A stretch of 64,000 nucleotides of DNA from Podarcis muralis (Eukaryota). This document shows, piece by piece, positions 22,310-34,951 of the stretch. The stretch is taken from positions 7,626,001-7,690,000 of the forward strand of contig NC_135662.1 of the NCBI RefSeq assembly GCF_964188315.1, in the 5' to 3' direction. The stretch's first letter is position 1. Each line of letters begins with the position of its first letter. The translations under genes and the position numbers were made by a program. The notes below the pieces were generated by a model, which was not told where the DNA came from, made no database searches, and saw nothing but the letters and a program-made list of their open reading frames with translations.

Positions 22310-22672
22310 GGTAAAGGTAAAGGTACCCCTGCCCGTACGGGCCAGTCTTGACAGACTCTAGGGTTGTGCACTCATCTCACTCTATAGGCCGGGAGCCAGC
22401 CTATATAGGCCGGGAGCCAGACACTTCCGGGTCACGTGGCCAGCGTGACAAGCTGCATCTGGCGAGCCAGCGCAGCACACGGAACGCCGTTTACCTTCCC
22501 GCTAGTAAGCGGTCCCTATTTATCTACTTGCACCCAGGGGTGCTTTCGAACTGCTAGGTTGGCAGGCGCTGGGACCGAACGACGGGAGCGCACCCCGCCG
22601 CGGGGATTCGAACCGCCGACCTTTCGATCGGCAAGTCCTAGGCACTGAGGCTTTAACCCACAGCACCACCCT
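22310..22672 (-). mobile_element. Sauria SINE, full length
   Basis: Reverse-complement head and tail; TSD TGGCAGATATG(A/G)ATA at 22295-22309 and 22673-22687; small internal duplication CTATAGGCCGGGAGCCAG. Confidence 0.95.
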
Positions 22673-23368
22673 TGGCAGATATGGATACTATTGTCCAAAA
22701 AGTTTTCACCACGTTACAAGTTGATTCCCTCTGCCCATTTTCTTTTGCACAAGTATTTAAAAGATTTTTAAAGGCGACTTAATATTACCATCTTGTCTGA
22801 TCCATCCTAGCACAGTTTGACCCTGAGCAGCATAGCTTTTCTGTTTTCTGGAGTTCTCTAATGTATGGTATTAGTAATTATCCATCAGTAAACAGAGAGC
22901 AGGAAAGGAAGGTGCAAGTCTAGCCATGGTGCTGGGTAAACTTCAGCAAAATGAGATGAAGCAGGAAGGATACTCCATTCAAATAACAGCATATAAAATA
23001 GAACCAAGAAAACAGCTTTGCATTAAAATGAGTTCTTCTCTCTATATTAATTTACTCCAGTAAGTATGTGCATATGTAGCAAAGAACCAGCACCACCCAC
23101 AAAGAAAACTCAAGTTAAAGTTTAATAAAAACAACTCAAAAGTTGTGAAATATTGTAACTACTCATTTAAAATGGTGAAAGTGTGATACAAAATAGTAAA
23201 TCATATGAAAATGATTACAGTATAACAAATGAAACATTTTTGGGGAGCTACTACAGACATCAAATAAATGAAATATAGGGCTATTTGCATCTATTGCTTA
23301 AGCAAGAAGTCAAAGGTGAAACCTGAAATATAAGAAGGCGAGTGTGGAAACCCAGTCAAATGGGTATA

Positions 23369-23410
<42 letters not shown>

Positions 23411-23860
23411 TATTATATCCTTTTAATACCTTCCATCCAGTTCATGTACCTGAAGAGTAAAAGCAGTAAGAATGTCCTACTACATTGTAAAGTCATATAT
23501 GCAATGTATTAAGCAACATAGGAATATTTATGTAAGATTTAAAAAAGTAAATAATATGTAGAATGCATACATGTGAAAGAGAGCCCATGAAACATCTCAC
23601 CCATATAAACATTGTCCTGGAAGGATATAATATGTTAACTACACTATGGATCTCCTTTTCCCTTTTTGGGGAACGGGAGTTGAAGGGAGTTGAAGGGAAG
23701 ACCTGAATTTTGAAATGATTCTGGTGGTCTGCTTCTTCTCTACAGCACCACAGGGCCCAGGAAATAAGTCCCAAAGGGAAATAACTAATGTCTGAAAGGC
23801 TCACACCCCAAAAAGGGATGAACAGTTCCAAACTAGCCAGTTGAGTTGAAAGGTATAATA

Positions 23861-24322
23861 CAGTGGTGTCCCACAAGACGAATGCCTCGCAAGACGGAAA
23901 ACCCGCTAGACGAAAGGGTTTTCCGTTTTGGAGGTGCTTCGCAAAACGAATTTCCTATGGGCTTGCTTCGCAAGACGAAAATGTCTTGCAAGTTCCTGCA
24001 GGGTTTTTTCCCTCCCCCCCCCTTTTCCCAAGCCGCTAAGCTGCTTATCAGCTGATCCGCTGAGCCGCTTAACAGCTGATCCGCTAAGCCGCTAAGCCGC
24101 TTAACAGCTGATCTCTAAGCTTCTTATCAGCTGATCCGCTAAGCCGCTTAACAGCTGATCCACTAAGTAGCTAAACCGCTTATCAGCTGATCCGCTAATC
24201 CCGCTAAGCCGCTAATAGCGGTAATCCGCTAAACCGCTAATGGGCTTGCTTCGCAAGACGAAAAAACCGCTAGATGAAGAGAATCGCGGAACGGATTCTT
24301 TTCGTCTTGCGAGGCATCACTG
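23861..24322. mobile_element. Tigger-like MITE with an internal minisatellite
   Basis: TIRs CAGTGGTGTCCCACAAGACGAA / TTCGTCTTGCGAGGCATCACTG; TA flanks; tandem CCGCTAAGCCGCTTA(A/T)CAGCTGAT units at about 24030-24240. Confidence 0.85.
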
Positions 24323-24544
24323 TATAGAGTAATGTAGGTATGCTTTAAGTTAGGAAAATAAGGTATTGTGTTGTGTATATGTACTGAGTAAATGTAAACG
24401 TATGTGTTCTATATGGCAATAAAATATTTTAATTAGGAAAAAAATGAAAGCCAAAATGAAGAGATGGCTTAAAATCTCTCTGAGAAGTTGGTTCTAATGC
24501 CACAGAGCAATTTACATAAAGGCATGATTCTCATTGTACACATT

Positions 24545-24694
24545 TTCATCTGTAGGTTCTGCTTCTTAGAAGACCCTCTGGAGAGCAACCTTCATGCTTC
24601 CCCAAGAACAATCCATTTTTTGTCTCCCAACTAGGTAATAAAGTAATGGCCTAGTACTGCAGTTGCAGGTAGCAGATAGGAAGTAAAGCAATCC
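24545..24694 (-). pseudogene. MRGPR relic psi2 (TM7 and C-tail only)
   Basis: LLYFLSATCNCSTRPLLYYLVGRQKMDCSWGSMKVALQRVF* aligns with CASLNSSVNPLLYFLVGRKK..SRESL.VILQRVL. Confidence 0.8.
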
Positions 24695-24855
24695 TGACAA
24701 GACAGAAGTACTGTTTTGGGGGGACAGGGGGCAGGCTGGTGTGCAGGACTCCCTGGTCCTGAATCGGGTAACTGTGCCCCCGAAGGACCAGGTGTGCAGC
24801 CTGGGAGTCATTTTGGACTCACAACTGTCCATGGAGGCACAGGTCAATTCTGTAT
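24695..24855 (+). mobile_element. L2 LINE internal fragment
   Basis: LVLNRVTVPPKDQVCSLGVILDSQLSMEAQV, the post-RT region of L2. Confidence 0.75.
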
Positions 24856-24960
24856 CTTTATCAGTTGCCAGCTTCTTATCACAAGAAGAAAATGCTATTT
24901 TTTGGTCATCAAGATAATTTTCTGTGAAGTTAAGAGGAGGAGACTATTCTTGTGTAAGAC
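24856..24960 (-). promoter_or_regulatory. Conserved upstream block, copy 3 (upstream of psi2)
   Basis: ctttatcagttgccag..acaagaagaaaatgct..ttggtcatcaagataattttctgtgaagttaagaggaggagactatt matches copies 2 and 7. Confidence 0.6.
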
Positions 24961-25111
24961 TCTATATTCTAAGATATAATATTCAGATGAGCAGCTATGC
25001 ATTGGGTGAGAAAAAGGAAGTCAACTGGACCAATCACTTCATGATTAGATACACAGATAGGCTTCTCTTTCTCAAAACAGTTACAAATATCTATAAAAGA
25101 TTATTTGAAGC

Positions 25112-25114
<3 letters not shown>

Positions 25115-25160
<46 letters not shown>
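25115..25160. repeat. (AC)n microsatellite
   Basis: Direct read. Confidence 0.98.
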
Positions 25161-25162
<2 letters not shown>

Positions 25163-26803
25163 CTCTTGGCTCTATTTCCTCTCAGCTCTATTTCTTAACC
25201 AGTTCCTGAATAAAAGAGAGCCTCTCCTTTTATTTTATGGCTGCTAATCAAACACAGTAGGCTTTATTGAGATACTTTGCCTCTTCTTCTCTCCCACTCC
25301 TTGACAGCTCCAGGTTGTTCTGGATAGCCCAACCTGGTTCCTCCCAATTTAACCTGGTACAGTTCAGGATTTCGGCTTCAGCCAAATCCAGTGCACAACC
25401 GTAATATGCATTGAAAGATGAAACAAAATCCTGTGCTTCAGAGCTCAGATTTCAAGATGTATATTATTGCAAGACAATAGCTTGGAGGCTATTGCATTTA
25501 TGAAGGGCAAAATTTCTCCTGATAATGCATGAGAGGAAAGTTCTTCTGCACTTAAGGGGATACCGAAGCACCTTTCTAGAATACCAACAAACTTACCCAT
25601 GGGTAATGGAGTGCCACTCAATGGAATGGTAAATTTTGTCCTGAGGTGGTGTCTGTGCCCCACCCTTGATGTCCGAAACATGTCTGAAACATTCTCTCTC
25701 CAGGTTGGGGAGCTCAGAGCTGGATAATGTCTTTTTCATCCAGATAAGAGATATTGCAGCCATGATCCAGTTGCAAATGTCTAGATTGGAAGAAGGAAGG
25801 GCATACTCTGTCACGATACTTTAAAAGGGTAATTCTCCTGATTTGTGACGCTCTCTCTCCTCCTGCTTAGGCAATCTTTTATTTCCAAGACATAACGTTT
25901 CCATAAAAGCAACATGTTTCCTGATTAGACATCATAGTTCCAGTAAAGCTGATAGTTTTATGCTCATTACTCAAATATATTAGAACAACCAGCTTTTGCT
26001 TTACGGTCTACAGGGTTGCTCCATAGCTAGGAGGGTGCAGGGGTGACAACTCAATCCTCTTGAACAGGTCCAACCCACCCATGAGATGAGGTGAGGTGAG
26101 GTACGGCAGTAGCCTCACAGGGAGGTAGGCCTTGGTCAGCCATGAGAGGCAGCAGATCTGGCTTCCACGGAGCATGCCACTTTCTGCCTCCTGCACTCTT
26201 CAACCAACTAGTACTCCTCCACTGCATGCCCACCATCCACTCCATGCCCACCTGTCTATTGCCATGAATCTTCAACACACTCATTGCTTCCATGCGTACA
26301 GAGGAGAAAGAGGAGGAGGAGGGAGACAGAGCAGTGGCTCTGCAGCTTTAAGAAGTGTTGTGCTGTTTTTCACCACAGATGCTTCAATAATCCATATTTA
26401 AATGAGAAAAAGAGGACAGCCCAAGTGTCCTGTTTAGCCGAGGGTTAAATATAATTGTTTAATTCACACTGAAGAGAATGCCTGTGTGTGTTGCTGAAGG
26501 CTTTAACATGGGGATTTTCCATGGGGCTATATTAAGTTCTCTGAGCTTCTAGACGGGTTGATAATTAGCTCTTCATTTCCTTTTTTGTGATACACATTTT
26601 TCAATATACCAGATTTGAAGAAAGCAGAATGTTTTTTTTTTTTTTTTTTTAAAAGTGCGTTGTGCCCAACCAGAAGAGTGCCTCACTTATGGAAGCAGAA
26701 AGTGGTGGAAATCATGACCAAACACACTGGGGGAAAAAAATCTCACTACAGCCATTCAAAGACAATCAACCACACCCTAGGCCACCCCAACCTCTCTCAC
26801 CAC

Positions 26804-27411
26804 CAGTGGTGCAGCAAGCTGGTAGGGTGCCTGGGGCGGCATGCGTGCCCTGTGCCCAGTGGCAGAATACTCCGCTTGGCCTCCGAGGTGTCTGCCTGCC
26901 TCTTCTCACTCTTTTCACTCTGAGAACACTGCCTCTTCTCACTCTGAGAGCCAGTGTGGTGTAGTGGTTAAGAGCGGTTGCCTCGTAATCTGGGGAACCG
27001 GGTTCGCGTCTCCGCTCCTCCACATGCAGCTGCTGGGTGACCTTGGGCTAGTCACACTTCTCTGAAGTCTCTCAGCCCCACTCACCTCACAGAGTGTTTG
27101 TTGTGGGGGAGGAAGGGAAAGAAGAATGTTAGCCACTTTGAGACTCCTTCAGGTAGTGATAAAGCGGGATATCAAATCCAAATCCAAACTCCTCACTAGG
27201 CCACCCTACAGCTGAGGGGGAGGTGATGGGTGAACCATTTGGGGCAGCATGGAGCCTGCGGGCACGGAAGCCACTGTGTCACTTCCAGGAGAGACACATG
27301 GCTCAGGTGTGCTGCAGGCCTCGCGGTGAGTAATGCCCGCCATTTTGTCACTCCCCTCAGTAGTGACACCTGGGGTGATCCACCCCCACCATCCCCCTTC
27401 CTCCGCCCCTG
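26804..27411. mobile_element. hAT-type MITE containing a nested SINE
   Basis: 8-bp TSD CTCACCAC (26796-26803 and 27412-27419); imperfect termini CAGTGGTGCAG / CTCCGCCCCTG. Confidence 0.7.
26948..27192 (+). mobile_element. tRNA-derived SINE (MIR/Squam3-like)
   Basis: A-box-like GTGGTGTAGTGGTTAAGAGC, B-box-like GGTTCGCGTC, core GGGTGACCTTGGGCTAGTCAC. A second copy lies at 43137. Confidence 0.8.
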
Positions 27412-27514
27412 CTCACCACCAAGGAAATATAAAGAGAAAGAGAACCCACACAAGTGATGCTGACACAAAACTCCACACATACATACACTAAGTAATAATA
27501 CATAATAATAAATT

Positions 27515-28090
27515 TTTAATTATACGCCACCCTTCCCGGATCAGAAAACTGGGCTCAGGGCAGCTAACAAATTTAAACACTTAATTGATGCAACAAAAAA
27601 CAGCATAAAATACAGTATAGAACATGAATAACAAATTCAGAATTCAAAAATAAATTTAGGGGGGAAATCCATCCAATAAACATTAGATGATCACCAGAGC
27701 TAGCTGGCTAAATTAGTCCTATTTGGGCCAGCGAGGAGACCAGGGGAGAATTAGCTGTGGGATCCCAGAGTGGGTAATCTTCATAAAAAGGGGAGAGGGA
27801 GGGAAGGAAGGGGAATAAAAGATCAGGCCAGGTTCAAATTGAAAGCCAGGCAGAATAGCTTTGTCTTACAGGCCCTGCGGAAGGAAGTTAAATCCTGCAG
27901 GGCCCTGGTCTCATGGGATAGAGCATTCCACCAGGTCAGAGCCATCACTGAGAAGGCACTGACTCTGGTGGAGGATAATCTGACTTCCTTAGGGCCCGGG
28001 ACCTCTAAACTATGATTATTCATGGACCATAAGGTGCTCTGTGGGGCATACCAGGAGAGGCGGTCCCGTAAGTACGAGGGCCCTAAGCCA
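27515..28090 (-). mobile_element. L2 LINE 3' fragment
   Basis: LGPSYLRDRLSWYAPQSTL..EVPGPKEVRLSSTRVSAFSVMALTWWNAL. Confidence 0.85.
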
Positions 28091-29447
28091 CAAAGAAAAA
28101 TAGAAGCATTGCCACCCCACCCCTCTTTTCTTCCCAACCTAATACTGCATGCAACACTAATGTCTCGAAACAAATGTAACTGATCTGTAGAAAACACCAG
28201 TTGAAAAAAGAGACAATGCACACATTTTTGTAAACTAAGAAATCTTTAATAAACATTATTAAAAACAACAACACCTACCCACACTATGGACTTCAGTGCA
28301 TCCACAGCTGGGAAGCATGCACTGGAAAAATCAGAATTAAATTGAAGCAAGCATAGTCTGCCACTTGGGTGGGGAAAACATCATGTGGACAGTACAGTGC
28401 AAATAATATGAACAACTGTACTGTATACACATCCATCCATAGTCTAGCAACAGCTAGTATTCTCCCAGGACATACTTCACAGGGGCTAGACTTTTCATTC
28501 AGTTCTTTTCCTTTATTTTTAAATTTTCTTAATACCCGTCATAGAACATCAATCATACACATAACTCTCCAAGCTGGAACAGCAGACCTAACAAGAAATT
28601 TGGTAGATAAGGAAGGTTTTGAACATTTCATGGAAGCAATGGGAGGAAAGAAGATTTTGGTTTTGTTTTTCCCCATGATTGGTTGTTTTGGCAGGGACTT
28701 ACTATTTTCTTTGAGATTTTTCTTCTGCAGCTTTATATGGTTAATATTTAAAATTTGCAATCAACTGTCCTCATTATTCCTCAAATCCATTAAATCTATC
28801 TCAATATTAGGAGAAAATAAACATTATACATATTATGCATTCTCTTTAAAATCTTATGTAACTTTTCCTCTGTTGTTTAACATATTGCATAGATGACTTT
28901 ACAATGTAGTAAAACAGTCTTCATGCTTTTGATCCGAAGATACATGTACGAACTGCAGAGAAGGTATTAGAAAGACAGTTGCTTTCTTCTATATCAGGTT
29001 TCAGCTATGATTTTTTTGTTATAATTGAAGCAATAGATTCAAATGGTCTTATGTTTCTTTCTTCATTCTTCCTAGTAGCTCAGTTGTAAATGCTCATCTA
29101 TTATACTGCAATCCTTTTCATGCCATTTACTATTTTGTATCATACTTTTGAATACTTACATTTTTTTCAGTTCTTTTTACTAAACTTTTGCTTAACTTTG
29201 TGAGGTGGATCTGGATTTTTGGTCAATATCTATACGCTCACTGTATCAAACAGAACTGAGAACTCTCACTAACTTTCTTAAGAAATGCCTTCATTATTGT
29301 TTCTAAGTGATGCCCACTGTAGTCTTGGATGGCAATTATAACAAAGTCCTGTATGCAGACTGACTTTGTATTTGTGGTCAAACTCAGGGAGAAGACATAA
29401 TTCATTATCTGTTAGCCTGCCAGGAGCTTTCCATACTTATGGAAGCA

Positions 29448-30419
29448 TCACAACTGTTCTTGAACTGGAAGTTCCAGTTCCTCTCTACAGACCTCTTCTT
29501 CCTTAAAAACATTTTGGAGAATGACCTTTATGCCCTCCCTACATAGATCTACCTTCTGTTTCCCAACCTGGAAATAAATCAGTGGCTTAACACTGCTGTA
29601 GATGGAGGCAGAAAATAAACGCAACTCCATGTGATGAGCATGTGGAACAGGGAAATATGTGATGTATAAGGCATTCAGAGGCAAATCAAAGAAGAGAGAG
29701 AAAAGGAGGATAAATAAGATGGCTGTCAAAAGTTTCCGTGGCTCTTGCTGCTGTGATTTCAGGTAGACTTTGTTGAAGAGGCTGAGAGCAGAGATAATCG
29801 TGACCGGGGTGCAAACCAAGACACTCACAATAAACTGGTAGTACATTTGGGGATAAAATTCAGTATGGAGAGTAAGGACAATTGCACAAATCAGGAAGGA
29901 GAAGATCCATATTACACCACACACACCAGTGGACCACTGTAGAGGGCGGTGATAATGATGCCAAGTTGGGTAATAGACTGACACACACCCGTCAATGCTG
30001 ACGGCCATCATTAGAAGCTGACTGACACTGTACATCAACAGGAAAAGCTCTAGAGCTATTGGGAAAATAACTGAAAGAACGAAGGTGCCTTCATTAAAAA
30101 ATCCTACAGCAAGAAATGTGATAAGACATACCAGGACCCCAAAGTCAGCAGCAGCCACGTTCAGGATGTAGGTGCTGAAAGGATTCTTTGCAATGCGGAA
30201 GCTAAGAAACCAAAAGACAGTTCCATTGCCCAGAAGTCCAAAAATGCAGATTAAAAAGATGAAGACAGAAAAAACAATCCTTCCTAAATTGTCGTAGAAG
30301 ATCCCCTCTGTCCTATTATCAGAGGGGTTCTTGGCTGGAATTGCAGTGGTATATATTCCGTAATAACCCAGTTCCACATCCATTGGGAACATAAGCACAT
30401 GGCTGATATTGGTTACCAT
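29448..30419 (-). CDS. MAS-related GPCR, R3, 323 aa, with atypical motifs (SIDGC, SVKPLIY)
   Basis: First ATG is at 30419 (the track start 30437 is TTG); acceptor AG at 30460-30461; 7TM; GLLGNGTVFW, YILNVAAADF; intact to TGA. Confidence 0.9.
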   Translation of the reverse strand: MVTNISHVLMFPMDVELGYYGIYTTAIPAKNPSDNRTEGIFYDNLGRIVFSVFIFLICIFGLLGNGTVFWFLSFRIAKNPFSTYILNVAAADFGVLVCLITFLAVGFFNEGTFVLSVIFPIALELFLLMYSVSQLLMMAVSIDGCVSVYYPTWHHYHRPLQWSTGVCGVIWIFSFLICAIVLTLHTEFYPQMYYQFIVSVLVCTPVTIISALSLFNKVYLKSQQQEPRKLLTAILFILLFSLFFDLPLNALYITYFPVPHAHHMELRLFSASIYSSVKPLIYFQVGKQKVDLCREGIKVILQNVFKEEEVCREELELPVQEQL

Positions 30420-31009
30420 GTTCAATATCTGCTTCAATTGTTTTCCCCAAGTACTGGTTCTAAGGTAAAAGAAGAGAGAGAATTATTAATTTCCTGGCAT
30501 GGTGCTTAATAAGCAATGATGTGGCTAAAATGTCCAGGCTGGTATAAGTGACCTCATGCACTGAGACCATCTGAAAAATGCATTATTAATGCATTTTACT
30601 TAAGATGAAATGTTTGATTGTGTGTGTTTTTAGCCCTATATGCTCACTGCATTTCCTTCCCCCTCCAACCATGCTGCAGAGAGCAGGAGTTGTTCAATGT
30701 TGCCTTGCCCGAACATACCCTATGAAGGACAAGCTAGAAAAGCATTTCCCTATACCCAGCAGTGCTGCGCTGCTTGAAAGAGGGCTTTCAAAAGGCCCTA
30801 TACTGCATTTTGGCTGTGTGTGCCTGTTCGCAGCAAGGGAACACATTTGCATAGTCAAACTGAGGAACATTGAACATTCTGCTCACCACTTGCAATCTCA
30901 GTATTTTTGTTTGTTCCTTAGAATCGCTGAGCAGCACTGGGTGCCTTTGGGGGTCATCAGTTCAGTGCTTACTTTAGAGGTGGAGTGTGCAGATTTTTCA
31001 TTTCTCTTC

Positions 31010-31338
31010 TAGGACTTGCCAATTGGAAGGTCGGCAGTTCGAATCCCCGTAATGGGGTGAGCTTCCATTGTTCGGTCCCAGCTCCTGCCCACCTAGCAGT
31101 TCAAAAGCACGCCAAGTGCAAGTAGATAAATAGGTACTGCTCTGGCAGGAAGGTAAACGGTGTTTCCATGCACTGCTCTGGTTCACTAGAAGCGGCTTAA
31201 TCACGATGGCCACATGACCTGGAAGCTGTTTGCGGACAAACACCGGCTCCCTCAGCCTATAGAGCGAGATGAGCGCGCATCCCCAGAGTCGTCCGCAGCT
31301 GGACCTAACGGTCAGGAGTACCTTTACCTTTACCTTTA
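31010..31338 (+). mobile_element. Sauria SINE, 5'-truncated
   Basis: TAGGACTTGCC..CAAGTAGATAAATAGGTAC..(ACCTTT)n tail. Confidence 0.9.
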
Positions 31339-32008
31339 CTCCTGAAAAATGCTACTTCCCACTCCTGATGGCTGTTTGTCTGTGCCATCAGGGGTGGCAC
31401 AGGAGTCGCAACCAGCTCTTTATTTCCCTTTCCAAACTGTCTATAATTTTAAACCCCAGAGTCTGTCTGCCTGTGCAGGTGACCATTGCTATATATCCCC
31501 TCCCAATGCCTCTGGATAGTGCTAGCATTATGATGGGCATCACAGTACATCATGGGTGGGGAACTGGTGGCCCTACAGATGTTGTTGGTCAGCAATCAGT
31601 GATGATGGGCGTTCTCCAACTGAAGTGCCACAGGTTATCTGCCTATGGAGCTTTATAGAGTAGCACAAGAAAAATAGACCATTTCCTGTTCCAAGGAACA
31701 CACAGTGTAACTGTTAAAAGTGGGTAGCAGAAGAAAAGGAATGGAAGAGGAGAGACTAGAGTAACAAACAACAAAACAGTAAGCAATAACATCGAACATA
31801 TAACTTTGGAAATAGCTGAGCTTCATTACGGTTAAGATGATTTCAAGCTAAAGGCCCCTCAGGATTTATGCCAGGAGTAGTCAACAATATACCCTCAAGT
31901 TGCTGCTTGACGACAACTCCCATAATCCCTGACAATTGGTGATGCTGGCTGGAGCTGATGTGAATTGAGGTCCATAACATCTGGAGGGCAGCACATTGGT
32001 TAGCCTAT

Positions 32009-32138
32009 NNNNNNNNNNNNNNNNNNNNNNNNNNNNNNNNNNNNNNNNNNNNNNNNNNNNNNNNNNNNNNNNNNNNNNNNNNNNNNNNNNNNNNNNNNNN
32101 NNNNNNNNNNNNNNNNNNNNNNNNNNNNNNNNNNNNNN
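32009..32138. other. Assembly gap (130 N)
   Basis: Direct read. Confidence 1.
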
Positions 32139-32992
32139 AGCAGAGAAGACATCCCAATAAAATATTTAATTTCCTACCTTCTACTTATACAAACTTTTCA
32201 AAACAAGGAGAAAACAGGTCTGAAATGCACTCCACAATTTCATAGTCCCAGTCTCCAAGATGTCCTCGGGCTTCAAAATGCTTTCCCCTCAATCAGCATA
32301 GAGCACGTCTCTGAAGAAAGTCAGCACGGCATCTGGTTCAGCCAGGGTGGAGCAGAGAACACACATCATAGTGCAATTACCAACCAGAGCATTAGTGGAT
32401 GCTCCATTAGCAATGGGCAGAGTTCTTTCACTCTTCCTGGATGATTTGGCAACCTTCTAAGTGTGGGGCAAATTGTCTCCTGAAATGTAGGTCTCGAGAG
32501 AAATTTGCACTTTGGATCTGAGAAAATTGTGCGTGCTTCCAAGGCATGATAAAACACTTATGCGAAGCTTGAAGTGGGAGCTCTGAGGACTTCTAGGTTG
32601 TTCCTCATAGTCTGAGAAGAACATTTCCCTGAATATTTCTTTAGCAAATATGCTAACTAGCAATGTGTGGAAAGACAATGTGTTTTGGTATGTATGAATA
32701 AATAAATAAATAGATGGAATGATTGATTGCAGCAGTTTAAAACCTCACTCTACTTATCAGTGATTTTGGGAAGCTTTCTACAAATACAACTCAAATTGTT
32801 TTGTTGTCTTTGCGAAAGTTTGTATCCAGCCTAGTTCAGGTGTAATAGAAGGAAGGTTAAGGAAAAGGGAAATTCTAAGCAGATCAAGAGATTCCTCCTT
32901 GGTGAAGGAATCTGAGGCATTTCAAGAGAAAACAGAATATGGTGAGGATGGAATGTCAGGAAATGTTTTGCATATTTATAAATAGTTGATTG

Positions 32993-33460
32993 CCAACAAA
33001 GGTTCGTATAGTTAAAGCCATGGTTTTCCCAGTAGTGATGTATGGAAGTGAGAGTTGGACCATAAAGAAGGCTGATCGCCAAACAATTGATGCTTTTGAA
33101 TTATGGTGCTGGAGGAGACTCTTGAGAGTCCCATGGACTGCAAGAAGATCAAACCTATCCCTTCTGAAGGAAATCAGCCCTGAGTGCTCACTGGAAGGAC
33201 AGATCCTGAAGCTGCGACTCCAATACTTTGGCCACCTCATGAGAAGAGAAGACTCCCTGGAAAAGACCTTGATGTTGGGAAAGATGGAGGGCACAAGGAG
33301 AAGGGGACGCCAGAGGACGAGATGGTTGGACAGTGTTCTCGAAGCTACAAACATGAGTCTGACCAAGCTGCGGGAGGCAGTGGAAGACAGGAGTGCCTGG
33401 CGTGCTCTGGTCCATGGGGTCACGAAGAGTCGGACATGACTAAATGACTAAACAACAACA
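32993..33460 (+). mobile_element. RTE-BovB 3' end, 5'-truncated copy
   Basis: TKVRIVKAMVFPVVMYGSESW..FELWCWRRLLRVPWT..YFGHLMRREDSLEKTLMLG..VHGVTKSRT; (CAA)n tail; 13-bp TSD AAATAGTTGATTG (32980-32992 and 33461-33473). Confidence 0.96.
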
Positions 33461-34951
33461 AAATAGTTGATTGGCACTACAAGTGCATCAAAGAGAAGAG
33501 TAATGAGTAGGGAATTGATGAATCTAGGGGTGCACTCTTATCACCTATCAGCTGATTGTCAGAAGGAGCACAACTTGCTCTAGAAGAGAGAAGCTGTTTC
33601 AGTTGAATGGAACCTGCTTCCCATTCCAAGAACTGCTCCTTGTACCTCTGAAAATTTGAGATTCAAAGTGCAGGACAGGGATGTTTGCAAAAGGCCCCGC
33701 CCACCCGCCAAATGTGACCTGCCATTGGTGGTAGAGAAGCATCTAGCCTGCCAGCCAGAAAAGGTTTCCTTCCCCTGGTATAGAGACAATCTTGCTATAA
33801 GAAACAAGGCAGATGTGGATTCAGTTCCTGCAAGGAGATCCTTTAGACACAATGTCCAACCTCTAGTACAAGGGTGTCTAACTTTTGACCCTTCCGATAT
33901 CAGATTCCAGCTCCCATCATCCCTGATTTTCTGTTACCTACAACAGGAAGGTGGGAGCGGGGGAGTGGTTTGCTCTGGATACCATCCCAGGTGGGGTGCC
34001 ATCATGGCCACCGCCCCTGACATGCACCACGCGCCACCCTGACGTGCACCGTGCACCCCCCACACCAGGCGCCACACAGGCGGCACACCACACCCCTGGG
34101 ACGCACACCAGCCATGGCCCCACCTGTTCTCTGCTCCTGCACAGCCTACAACCTACCCTGAGGGTGTCAACTGCCTTCAGAATTCTGGTCTGTTTCTTCT
34201 CTATCAGAAAGAACTGATAAGCCTCTTATGGTATTGAGTTCATACTTCGGTAACATATCTAAATGCTCCGTGTAATATCAGGGTTTCAGCCATACAGTTT
34301 CTTTGTCAGATCCAGGGGCCGCCTGTCCTAACACGTGCCTCTGTCTCTTTGACCCAACACTGAGAAAATGGCTCTATATACCTCCCCTTTGCCCTTAACC
34401 TCCTAGGCAGAACTTGCCAGCAGTTATTTCTCCACACTCCCTAGTAGACCGCAGTTTCTGTTCTACAACCCCTCGGCCATTTCCCTGAGCAGGATGTGCA
34501 GAAACCACACTTTTGACCATTGAACCTACTGTTGGTTTTGTGCACTCAATCTGCTAGAGCCTGTTTTTTCAGGGCAAAGGAAGTCCAATTCACTGAGGGT
34601 TTGAGACCCATTGGCTACCCTCACCTGGTTTAGCCAGCAAGTTGAAGCCATTTCCCAGGGTGTGGCTGTTTTCACATGCTGGCTGCTTCTAGCTGCCACA
34701 GGTGAGAGCTGACTGCAGGGTGGGGACCAAAGGTGGCCAAACTACCACAAAAGGAGCATGACTTGTCCCCCAACAGAGATACTACCCCGCCCCCAACATC
34801 CCATACAACACCCCATACAATTTGCCACTGTCAAATCACACATTCCTCAAGCTGTAACATTTGGAGTTTCTTACATACCTGTATGCAAGTTCTACTCAGC
34901 AGTACAGACCAGCAATCTTCCAAAAATTAAAATAAAAGTGAATTTCTAATA

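Noticed and set aside
24030-24240. CRISPR-like repeat array
   Set aside because: Vertebrate DNA; the repeats are contiguous without unique spacers and lie inside a MITE.
25593-25814. ORF containing NLERECF (Gla-like) ending at a strong donor
   Set aside because: No flanking Gla residues or second cysteine and no acceptor or partner exon; treated as chance.
28369-28896. 175-aa plus-strand ORF
   Set aside because: GTG start, low-complexity AT-rich composition and no motif; probably a decayed repeat.
33945-34144. GC-rich segment flanked by the direct repeat CCTACAAC
   Set aside because: Possibly a hAT MITE, but no convincing TIRs, so it was not annotated.
34270-34750. LTR-like segment
   Set aside because: No matching TSD was found for any TG...CA pair tried.
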